From an uncultured Methanoregulaceae archaeon (GTDB lineage: Archaea > Halobacteriota > Methanomicrobia > Methanomicrobiales > Methanospirillaceae): a stretch of DNA of 64,000 nucleotides. The notes under the pieces are model-generated. The model ran no database searches and was not told the origin of the DNA. It saw nothing but the letters and a program-made list of their open reading frames with translations. Positions within the stretch are counted from its first letter, which is position 1. Each line of letters starts with the position of its first letter. A program made the position numbers and the translations under genes. The stretch covers positions 288,001-352,000 of the forward strand of contig OY970343.1 of NCBI GenBank assembly GCA_963717525.1, in the 5' to 3' direction. Of this stretch, positions 1 to 8,344 are shown one piece after another.

Positions 1-637
1 AATCTATTGCAAAATCAGTTTCAAGTCCGGCAACCGGTAACGCAGACAATGTAACCAATTCATGAAGTATCGGGGTTATTTCAGCATCGTTGAAGAGTTT
101 AGATGGCGCGTTAAAGTGCGGCGCGTGGTCAATCTGTTGCTTATCTACTGCGTTTTGAAACAAGGTGTGCGCTCTGCGGCTGGACAACTGCGAATACACT
201 TTTTGTATCGCACAGAAAAGGGATTCGCTAAGTGGCAGGCGCGGCCTTCCCATAGCCTGCTCTGGTTCAGGAATGGCTTTTACCAAGTCCTTTAACAGAG
301 CGTCAAACAGCCTAATCTCTTCTGTCTGCGCGGCGTTGTACGCACTCCATGCCTGAGCATAGGTTAGGTGCATCTTCTCAGTAACCGTGCCTTTCGGTGT
401 GTCTCTCTGTACTTCAAGATAAAAGCGGGTTGCCAGTATGTGTTTACACGGTAGACCACGCTTAACGAAGTCGGGGCAGGTGCAGGTCATTCCCTTATCG
501 GTAGCTTTTACCTCGTAGACTCCGTGGCCGGTTTGGGATTTTACGGTATATGAGTGGTCGTCTACTTTCTTGATCTGCCCATTCTTTTCTACGATTGCTT
601 TTCCTCTTTCTTCCCTTGTGGTTGTTAGTTGCTCCAT
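1..637 (-). mobile_element. Transposase with N-terminal SWIM zinc finger (DDE, IS4/IS5-like); runs off the left edge
   Basis: Translated by hand from ATG at 637 (absent from the ORF track): MEQLTTTREERGKAI...CTCPDFVKRGLPCKH (SWIM CxC..CxH)...MGRPRLP...ETDFAID (probable first catalytic Asp) at the edge. Confidence 0.8.
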
Positions 638-752
638 TTTATTTACCTCTTTATTTACCAATAATATTTATGCCGTCAGACTACATAAACTTATTGGTAA
701 ATAAAATGGTAAATTAAAAGGTAAGAAAAAGTATAAATAAAAAGGCACCAGA

Positions 753-944
753 ATGGTAAATATGCCCAGAAATTCAAAGGCAGATGAATCTATGTTAAAC
801 CGAGCAACAAGCAAAGGTGGATCTTTACGAACCACAATACCGGCTTTTATTGTATCCTCATATGGATTGAAAGAAGGTGGTAAAATACGCTGGGTACTTG
901 AAAACGGAAAAATTGTTGTTGAACCACAACATCCTGAAAAGTAA
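753..944 (+). CDS. AbrB/MazE/SpoVT-type small DNA-binding protein
   Basis: GGSLRTTIP...YGLKEGGKIRWVLENGKIVV swapped-hairpin pattern. Confidence 0.75.
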   Translation: MVNMPRNSKADESMLNRATSKGGSLRTTIPAFIVSSYGLKEGGKIRWVLENGKIVVEPQHPEK

Positions 945-1045
945 ATATTAAGGTAAATAATGTGCCAATAGAAAGATTTAAGATCCCTGAGTCTATACAT
1001 ACATATGGATGCCTAGGTTCGCTGGGCTCTACTGAAGAAAATTAA

Positions 1046-1118
1046 CGGGCACGGCGGGGATCGAACCCGCACCAGCAAGATTAGCAGTCTCGTACACTGT
1101 CCATTATGCTACGTGCCC
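1046..1118 (-). tRNA. Non-canonical tRNA, anticodon GCT, short variable loop (Arg-like body)
   Basis: GGGCACG-TA-GCAT AATGGACA GTGT-A-CGAGA CTGCTAA TCTTG-CTGGT-GCGGG TTCGATC CCCGC-CGTGCCC-G forms a full cloverleaf. Confidence 0.8.
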
Positions 1119-1127
1119 ACAGTGGTT

Positions 1128-1201
1128 TGGGGCGTGTGGTGGGAATCGAACCCGCAGTCCGGCTTTACAAGAGGAGGACCCCGACCTTCGGGACACACGC
1201 C
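1128..1201 (-). tRNA. Atypical tRNA-like gene (probable anticodon TGT, compact D arm, interrupted anticodon stem, encoded CCA)
   Basis: GGCGTGTG/CACACGCC acceptor pairing followed by CCA; CCCG-AAGGT-CGGG D arm; GGG TTCGATT CCC T arm. Confidence 0.6.
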
Positions 1202-1249
1202 ACTAATTACTTGTCCATTTGGGACCACCTCGCCTCTTCTACATAGGGC

Positions 1250-2029
1250 TTATTCATCAAATTCAACACCCTTGCGTTTGAGATCCTTTATCATCTTCTT
1301 TACAAGACTCTCTGCGAATTTTGCAGTAAGATCATCAGTAACCACCACGACATGTCCCCTATACTCGACTTTTCCCGGGTCGGGGGCTTGCTCTTCAACC
1401 GCATGTGTTTGCAGAGGTGCTGCCGTAGTTCCCTCATTCCCGTTCCCTAATGCATGTTGGCTACTATTGTCTGGTTGTGTATTTTGTGTGGGGGCAGTGT
1501 GCGCAGGCTCCACGGTAAACGTACTTGGTATATGAAGCGTGAGCTTGCGAACAAACGGTTGCCTAGAGGAATAAGGCGGATTTTTTGTAATACATTGGAT
1601 ATCGGCATTATATGCTGACCAGAGATTATCCAAGGAGTCGGTGTCAATATTAATGAGTGATGGGATTGACCTTACTGTCTTATCGAACAGTGCCTTATCG
1701 GGGGTTTTGCCGATGGTGGCAATTAATTGTTTCCACAACGGGGATCTGTTTACCGCAGCCTCTATAGCTGAAGATCGATGAGGGCCGTCTGATAGGATCG
1801 CTTTTCCCCGATCCGTTAACACATAGGTTCCGTTTTTTGTCTGCTGAATAAACCCATAGAGTTCCATATCCCGCAATTTATCGCGGGCACTTGTGATCTT
1901 TATTTTTGTTGTCTCCATGAATTTATCACGAGTGAGACCGGCGTTGAACCCCTCGCTGATTTCCCTAATTGTATCTGCACAAATCCCGACTCGTGTATAT
2001 ATTATGGGGGCGTCCCCGTACCTGTCCAT
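1250..2029 (-). CDS. Hypothetical protein with N-terminal winged-helix-like domain
   Basis: 259-aa ORF; ARDKLRDMELYGFIQQTKNGTYVLTDRG wHTH-like recognition helix and wing. Confidence 0.6.
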   Translation of the reverse strand: MDRYGDAPIIYTRVGICADTIREISEGFNAGLTRDKFMETTKIKITSARDKLRDMELYGFIQQTKNGTYVLTDRGKAILSDGPHRSSAIEAAVNRSPLWKQLIATIGKTPDKALFDKTVRSIPSLINIDTDSLDNLWSAYNADIQCITKNPPYSSRQPFVRKLTLHIPSTFTVEPAHTAPTQNTQPDNSSQHALGNGNEGTTAAPLQTHAVEEQAPDPGKVEYRGHVVVVTDDLTAKFAESLVKKMIKDLKRKGVEFDE

Positions 2030-2262
2030 ATGATCAAATCCTTGTGATCAATTGGTATGCTGTTTGGGAATATAGCGCTTTGGGTTGGTGTGTGTTACGT
2101 GGCGCAGTGTGAAAGTGAAAATGTGGTGTGCATATCATTTTTGGATGGCTATACTTTAGGTGCAAGTTTCATACTTTGGGTGCAAATGGGGGTTTAAGTG
2201 CAAAGCCCGGGTGACAACAACCTTTATGCACAAGGTCGTGCCTCAACTACTTTGATACGCAC

Positions 2263-2676
2263 ATGGCAAACGTCATCCAGAAAGGCAGCACGTATTATGC
2301 ACCAAAAGGGGCGTATTACGAAGGAAATGTCCGGATTGACGGTGATTTTATCGTGCCCGCACGGACCCATTTCTGGGGACGGCTCGTGGTGACCGGCAAA
2401 CTCGAACTGGGCATGAAGTCGAGCGTTGCTCTCGATGTTGAATGCGGGAGCGCGGTCATCGGGAGCCATGCCCGGATAAAAGGGCCGCTCGTGGCAGCCG
2501 GGGATGTGAGCCTCCTCGATCACTGCGTAATTTATTCTGTTGCGGCGGGGGGGAAAGTCATCATCAGGCCCGATGTCCGCGTCGGGGACGTGACCAGCAG
2601 CGATGCGATCATTGTCCACGGCAAGATAAAGAGCGGGAAATTAACCGGCAAGAGCATGAAGGTCCTCGGGAACTGA
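2263..2676 (+). CDS. Beta-helix repeat protein (polymer-forming cytoskeletal/bactofilin-like)
   Basis: Repeated V/I-x-G beta-strand units (GNVRIDGDF, GRLVVTGKL, IKGPLVAAGDV). Confidence 0.65.
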   Translation: MANVIQKGSTYYAPKGAYYEGNVRIDGDFIVPARTHFWGRLVVTGKLELGMKSSVALDVECGSAVIGSHARIKGPLVAAGDVSLLDHCVIYSVAAGGKVIIRPDVRVGDVTSSDAIIVHGKIKSGKLTGKSMKVLGN

Positions 2677-3351
2677 TGCCGGATCCAACCCCAATGTCGC
2701 CACGTCGTATACATCCTGCCAGCTGACCAGCGTCTCCACGCAGCCTTCCTTTAACGTTACCACGCCCATCGCGACGAGACCAATCTTGTCGGCCATATCG
2801 ATCCCTTCCTTGACCTCGGTCAGGCAGCCGACGCCGATGATCGCCTTGGGATGGTATTTTTTGACCATCCTTTTGATAAACGACGACCCCGGGATGATGA
2901 AGACCCGGTATCCCAGTTTTTCGAGGAGGATCCGGGCCTCGCCCACGGTACACTGCCCGCAGTTCACGCATTTGAGCCCTTCCGGGGTGAGATGGGCCGG
3001 GCACTTTGCCGATCTCAGGCACTGGGGGAAAAAGGCCGCACGCTCTGATATGGGTACCCGGGAGAATGCACTCGTGTTCATCGTATTATGGATCTTGATA
3101 AGGAACGTGAGCATCTCCCGGTCCTCAAGGCCGAGGAGCCGGAAGAATGCCTTCATAAATCCTTCAAGAAAGACGAGGCCTGCCTTGATGAGCCGGGGAA
3201 AATACAGGTGCCCTTTTTTTATTGAGTACAGGGAGATGACGACAAGGACAAACGATGCGAGGAGTACCCCGATGATGAAGAGAACGGTCACTTCCCCGAT
3301 GATATACATCAGGGCGTGCCACTGGCTGAGATCGATATCCATGAGGGTCAT
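2641..3351 (-). CDS. DUF116 family protein
   Basis: PQCLRSAKCPA...CVNCGQC...IPGSS...GVGC...GCVET motif set; N-terminal TM helix. Confidence 0.85.
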   Translation of the reverse strand: MTLMDIDLSQWHALMYIIGEVTVLFIIGVLLASFVLVVISLYSIKKGHLYFPRLIKAGLVFLEGFMKAFFRLLGLEDREMLTFLIKIHNTMNTSAFSRVPISERAAFFPQCLRSAKCPAHLTPEGLKCVNCGQCTVGEARILLEKLGYRVFIIPGSSFIKRMVKKYHPKAIIGVGCLTEVKEGIDMADKIGLVAMGVVTLKEGCVETLVSWQDVYDVATLGLDPASVPEDLHALAG

Positions 3352-3357
3352 GTCAGT

Positions 3358-4410
3358 TTACGGTTTATTTTTGGGTTCCGGGCGGGATAAGAGTGTGTTG
3401 ATATCAAAGGGCGGCCTGACAACACCCTGTTCGGTGATGATTGCGCTGACAAGTTTCATGGGGGTCGCATCGAACGCGTAGTTCACTACCGGGACACCAT
3501 CAGGGATCAGGATCCGGTTTCCCACGATCGCGAGCTCATCGCGCCCCCGTTCCTCGATTGTAACCTCGTGCTCTGTCCGGGTGGCATCGAATGTGGAGAG
3601 CGGGGCTGCCACATAGAACGGGATGCTGTGGTGGCGGGCGCAGACAGCGTGCATGTAGGTGCCGATCTTGTTGAAGACGGCATCTCTGGTGATCCGGTCA
3701 GCGCCGACGATCACGGCGTCGATTTTTCCGGTGCGCATGAGGTGCGCTGCCGTGGAGTCGGTGATGACCGTGACATCGATCCCGTCGCGGGCGAGCTCCC
3801 ACGCAGTGAGCCGGGCGCCCTGGAGGAGCGGGCGGGTCTCGCACGCTATCACACTGACCTTTTTCCCCTCTTCCACGGCCGACCGGATCACGCCAAGCGC
3901 CGTCCCCCACGAGGAGCAGGCGAGCGCACCCGCGTTACAGTGGGTGAGCACGGTGCACCGGTCCGGGAGGAGGGTTGCCCCGTTCTCCCCTATGGCATGG
4001 CAGCAGCGGGTATCCTCATCCGCGATTGCACGTGCCTCATCAAGTGCGGTAGTTTTGGCAGAGGTTACATCGGTTTCAACCAGAAACCGGGCAAGCACCC
4101 GGTCGACCCCCCAGCTCAGGTTGACAGCGGTCGGCCTGCTCTCCCGGATGCGCCCGGCTTCGTGCTGCACGGCACGGGAAAACTCCCCGAACGATCGTCC
4201 GGTACAGGTAAATGCAGCAAGGGCGACCCCGAACCCCCCGGCAACGCCGAGTACCGGGGCCCCCCGGATCTCCAGCCTCTGGATCGCCGCAATGAGCCGG
4301 TCGACGCTCGTGCACCCCGCGATGGCATACTCGGTGGGAAGCAGCGTCTGGTCGATGTACCGGATGCCGCAGAGCGACTCGTCCCACCAGAGCGTTAACG
4401 TATCCTTCAC
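3358..4410 (-). CDS. mtnA: Methylthioribose-1-phosphate isomerase (eIF2B-like family)
   Basis: IDQTLLP, IRGAP, RPTAVNL, THCNAGALA, ETRPLLQGARLT, GADRI, NKIGT; probable GTG start at 4410; in frame with the upstream HdrA-like ORF. Confidence 0.88.
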   Translation of the reverse strand: MKDTLTLWWDESLCGIRYIDQTLLPTEYAIAGCTSVDRLIAAIQRLEIRGAPVLGVAGGFGVALAAFTCTGRSFGEFSRAVQHEAGRIRESRPTAVNLSWGVDRVLARFLVETDVTSAKTTALDEARAIADEDTRCCHAIGENGATLLPDRCTVLTHCNAGALACSSWGTALGVIRSAVEEGKKVSVIACETRPLLQGARLTAWELARDGIDVTVITDSTAAHLMRTGKIDAVIVGADRITRDAVFNKIGTYMHAVCARHHSIPFYVAAPLSTFDATRTEHEVTIEERGRDELAIVGNRILIPDGVPVVNYAFDATPMKLVSAIITEQGVVRPPFDINTLLSRPEPKNKP

Positions 4411-5709
4411 CGGGATCGCGCCCTTGGCTCCCTTTTTATTCTTTGACCCCGCGAATGCCCGCATCGCGGCTGCTCCTCCCGAGGCAACGCTGTCGGGGAT
4501 GTCTCTGGGCGAGACCGCGGCACCGGCAACAAAGATCCCCGGCCGGATCGTTCCTGTTGTGTCCAATGCATCGTGCACCGACCGGATGAATCCGGTCTCT
4601 TCAATGGGGAGGCCAAGTTTTCCCGCGAGTGCCGCAGTCGCGTCCGTTGGCTGTATGCCGACCGAGAGCACCACAAGGCCCGGGCGCAGGGTCTCAACTT
4701 CCCCGGTCTCCGTGTTCTCTACCCGGAACTGCATGCCGGTCCCGTTTTTGTCTGCCTGAACATCGGAGGGTATCCCCCTCATGAACCGGACGCCAACATT
4801 CTTTGCCCGCTCGTAGTATTCCTCGTATCCCTTGCCGTAGGCACGGACGTCCATGTAGAAGATCGTAACCGCGATTGCCGGGTACTTTTCTTTGATGAGC
4901 ATCGCGTTCTTTATCGCCTGCATGCAGCAGACACAGGAACACCAGGGCCGGCAGAGCGATGTGTCACGCGAACCGACGCACTGGATAAAGACGACGCTCT
5001 CCGGCTCTTTTCCGTCACTCAGGCGACCGATCTTTCCTCCGGTTGGCCCGCTTGCGTTGATCATCCGTTCCAGTTCGAGGCTCGTGACTACATCGGGGAA
5101 TTTCAGGTACCCGAGCGGGCTCTTTTTCCGGGCATCGAAGACCTCATATCCGGTAGCGATAATGATGGCTGAGGCCTCGATAACGGTCTCCTTTTCCGTA
5201 TCCTCGTGCAGGATCGCCTGGGGCCCGCAGGCATCGTAACAGAGCCCGCATTCGATGCAGTGTTCCGCGTCTTTTACCACCCGGTCGGGGACCGCCTGCT
5301 GGTGGGGTTTATAGATCGCTTTCCTGACCCCGACCCCGGCATCGAACCGGTTGTAGACCTCGACCGGGCAGATCTGGATGCAGTCACCACAACCGGTGCA
5401 CGCCACCATATCGATGTAACGCGGGTGTTCGCGGACGGTAACCCGGAAGTGCCCTGCGTCGCCCTCAACGCGTTCCACCTCGGACAGGGTGTGGATCCGG
5501 ATATTTTCGTGCCGCTGGACATCCACCATCTTGGGGGAGAGGATGCACATGGAACAGTCGTTTGTGGGAAACGTCTTGTCGAGCTGTGCCATGTGGCCTC
5601 CGATGGTGGGCTCCCGCTCGATCAGGTGGACGACGACGCCGTGGTTTGCGAGATCGAGCGCGGCTTGGATCCCGGAGACGCCGGCCCCGATGACGACCAC
5701 ATCACCCAT
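4411..5709 (-). CDS. hdrA: Heterodisulfide reductase subunit A-family FAD/Fe-S protein (short form)
   Basis: VIGAGVSG, GGHMAQLDKTFPTNDCSMCI, two ferredoxin CxxCxxC clusters, IQCVGSRD, CSCVCC. Confidence 0.85.
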
Positions 5710-6196
5710 GGGCGTATTCCCCGGCAAGCCTGACGTAGGACTGGGCATTCTGGACAATGTGTTCACGCTGGGCCGGGGTGGTTTCTTTGAGCACCTTTCC
5801 GGGCACACCGAGCACGACCGAGCCGGGCGGTACCTTCATGCCTTCTGTCACGACCGCTCCTGCACCAATGAGGGAGTCCTCCCCTACGACAGCACCGTTC
5901 AGCACGATCGCACCCATGCCGACCAGCACCCGGTCCCGGATCGTGCAGCCGTGGAGGATCGCACCGTGCCCCACAGACACGTCGCACCCCAGCGTGGTCG
6001 GGAACCCGGCGCTGGTATGGACGACGCAGTTGTCCTGGACATTCGACCGGTCGCCAATGGCAATCCGGTCCTTGTCTGCCCGGATCACCGCCCCAAACCA
6101 GATGCCGATATCCTTTCCCAAGGTAACCCTGCCGATCACCGTTGCATTGGGAGCGCACCAGAGTGGTGTGCCTGCGATCTTCCCGTCCATATCCAT
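5702..6196 (-). CDS. Gamma-carbonic anhydrase family hexapeptide protein
   Basis: IWFGAVIRAD, SNVQDNCVVH, VGHGAILHGC. Confidence 0.9.
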   Translation of the reverse strand: MDMDGKIAGTPLWCAPNATVIGRVTLGKDIGIWFGAVIRADKDRIAIGDRSNVQDNCVVHTSAGFPTTLGCDVSVGHGAILHGCTIRDRVLVGMGAIVLNGAVVGEDSLIGAGAVVTEGMKVPPGSVVLGVPGKVLKETTPAQREHIVQNAQSYVRLAGEYAHG

Positions 6197-6226
6197 AATA
6201 CCATAGGAACTTAACGTACAGACAGT

Positions 6227-6724
6227 ATGAAGGTTATGGTAGGGGGTACCTTCGACCCCTTGCACGACGGCCACAAGCGCCTTCTGACCCGGTCGTTCGA
6301 ACTTGCCGGGCCCGAGGGGCAGGTCGTGATCGGGCTGACGACGGACCCGTTTGCGAGCAGGAAGACGCATCCGATCCATCCATTCAGCGAACGAAAAGCC
6401 GATCTTGAAGCGTTCATCGCCGCTGTCATCACCACGCAGGCTGCACAAAAAAAATATGCCACGCACTGGGAGATCGAGCCACTCGGGGACCGGTTTGGTT
6501 CGGCGCTTGATGCCGATTTTGACGCGATCGTGGTCTCCGAGGAAACGCTGCCGGTTGCGGTCGAGATCAACCGTCTGCGGCGCGAGCGCAAGCTGCCCAA
6601 GGTGGATATCCACCAGATCACCTGTGTGCTCGCCGAGGATGGCCGCTGGATCTCATCCACACGCATATGGCGCGGCGAGATCGACGTCCACGGCCACCTG
6701 ATCCGCACAGCGTCACCGGAATAA
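6227..6724 (+). CDS. coaD: Archaeal phosphopantetheine adenylyltransferase
   Basis: VGGTFDPLHDGH, IVVSEET, ISSTRI. Confidence 0.9.
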   Translation: MKVMVGGTFDPLHDGHKRLLTRSFELAGPEGQVVIGLTTDPFASRKTHPIHPFSERKADLEAFIAAVITTQAAQKKYATHWEIEPLGDRFGSALDADFDAIVVSEETLPVAVEINRLRRERKLPKVDIHQITCVLAEDGRWISSTRIWRGEIDVHGHLIRTASPE

Positions 6725-6773
6725 AAAAAGGCACGCGCAAGGTGTGCCGGGCGGTGTTTCCCACATTGCCCCG

Positions 6774-7268
6774 TTATATGATGAAGTTCGTCAGGTCTTT
6801 TGTGATCACCGAATCGCAGTAGATGCAGCGCAGGCCTTTCCCGTCCGGCAGCACCGCAAACCTGCTCTTGATCGGCTCGTTCGTGCGGGTGATGCAGCCG
6901 GGATTGGGGCAACGCACGCTTCCCACGATCAGGACCGGGATCTCGACGCCTTGTTTTTCGCAGACCTTGAAGTTCCTGACGATATTGATGGTCGCCCGGG
7001 GGGAGATGAGCGCGATCCGGTCGACCTCTTCTTTTGAGAGCTCGCGGTTGGAGATCTTGACAATGTCCTTCTTTCCCATGTTCCTGCTGGGTACGTTGGT
7101 CGCAATCGAGAGCGTTTCCGTGGTTGACCCGACTATCCCGAGGATCTTGATCACGTTGAGCGCTTCCCCGCCATCGATGTGGTCGATCACAGTGCCGTTT
7201 TTAATCCGCCGTATGAGGAGACCTTTCCCGTCATCGTCGCTGGATTCGGCAGGAGCGATATGCTTCAT
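6774..7268 (-). CDS. pyrI: Aspartate carbamoyltransferase regulatory chain
   Basis: IKNGTVIDHI, KKDIVKI, CPNPGCIT...CIYC. Confidence 0.95.
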   Translation of the reverse strand: MKHIAPAESSDDDGKGLLIRRIKNGTVIDHIDGGEALNVIKILGIVGSTTETLSIATNVPSRNMGKKDIVKISNRELSKEEVDRIALISPRATINIVRNFKVCEKQGVEIPVLIVGSVRCPNPGCITRTNEPIKSRFAVLPDGKGLRCIYCDSVITKDLTNFII

Positions 7269-8161
7269 CTCATCACGTCCAGCAGCATGGCCATTCTCAC
7301 GGGCACACCGTTCTTCGACTGCTCGAAGTATCGGGCATGAGGCGAGGCATCCAGGCGCGGGTCGATCTCGTCCACCCTCGGGAGCGGGTGCAGGACGATC
7401 AGGTGCTCCTTTGCCCCGGCAAGGAGTTCGGGGGTGATCCGGTAGCTGGACGCGACGTTGAAGTACGAGGTCGAGTCCGGGAAGCGCTCCCTCTGGATCC
7501 TCGTGACATAGAGGACGTCCACTTCACCGATCACCTCACCGATATCGGTGTGGCTTATGATCTCCATTCCCTTTTCCGCGAGGCCTGCAGCAAGGGCAGG
7601 AGGCAGTTCGAGCCCGGGCGGGGAGATTGTATGGAGCCGGACACCGTAGAGAGAGAGGGCAGAAGCAAGCGAGTGAGCCGTCCTCCCGTACCTCAGGTCT
7701 CCCACGAGCGCGACATCTATCCCGTCGATAGGCATCGATTGCCTGATGGTATAGAGGTCAAGGAGCGTCTGCGAGGGGTGCTGGCCGGCGCCGTCACCGG
7801 CGTTTATGACGGGTACGGTCGCAAATTCTGCGGCGAGCCGGGCCGCACCCTCTTTCGGGTGGCGGATGACGATCGCGTCCGCGTACCCGCTCACCACCCG
7901 GATCGTGTCGGCAAGAGTCTCGCCCTTTGCCATCGAGCACGCCTCGACGCTGCTCACCGAGATGGAGCTCCCGCCAAGGCGTGCCATCGCGGATTCAAAG
8001 GACATCCGTGTCCGGGTGCTGGGTTCAAAAAAGAGGACGGCAAGGATCTTGCTGTTGAGGGCGTTATTATCGTATGTGTTCTTCCCGATCTGTTGTGCGT
8101 GATCCAGCAGCCGGTCGATTGCGCTGCGGTCAAAATCCCCGATGGATATGATGTGATGCGT
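7265..8161 (-). CDS. pyrB: Aspartate carbamoyltransferase catalytic chain
   Basis: HIISIGDF...FFEPSTRTRMSF, NAGDG.HPSQ, HPLPRVDEI; the frame extends upstream of the ORF-track start to an ACG at 8161. Confidence 0.95.
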   Translation of the reverse strand, partial: THHIISIGDFDRSAIDRLLDHAQQIGKNTYDNNALNSKILAVLFFEPSTRTRMSFESAMARLGGSSISVSSVEACSMAKGETLADTIRVVSGYADAIVIRHPKEGAARLAAEFATVPVINAGDGAGQHPSQTLLDLYTIRQSMPIDGIDVALVGDLRYGRTAHSLASALSLYGVRLHTISPPGLELPPALAAGLAEKGMEIISHTDIGEVIGEVDVLYVTRIQRERFPDSTSYFNVASSYRITPELLAGAKEHLIVLHPLPRVDEIDPRLDASPHARYFEQSKNGVPVRMAMLLDVMR

Positions 8162-8344
8162 GGCAACTCCTCCCGCGCGGTGTTTCCTTCAAATTATATG
8201 CACGTTCCGCCCTAATGTACCTATCTTCACGGGCCCGGGCCTCTAGGAAGGGAGCAAACGACGGCTGGCGACAAAAATGATATTATCTGATTGTTGCCCA
8301 AGTAACTAGAGAGATATACGTTTATTTTTCAAGGGACGTGAGCC

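Noticed and set aside
1128..1201. Calling the compact tRNA-like gene tRNA-Pyl
   Set aside because: There is no CTA anticodon and no pylSBCD in the window; the resemblance is architectural only.
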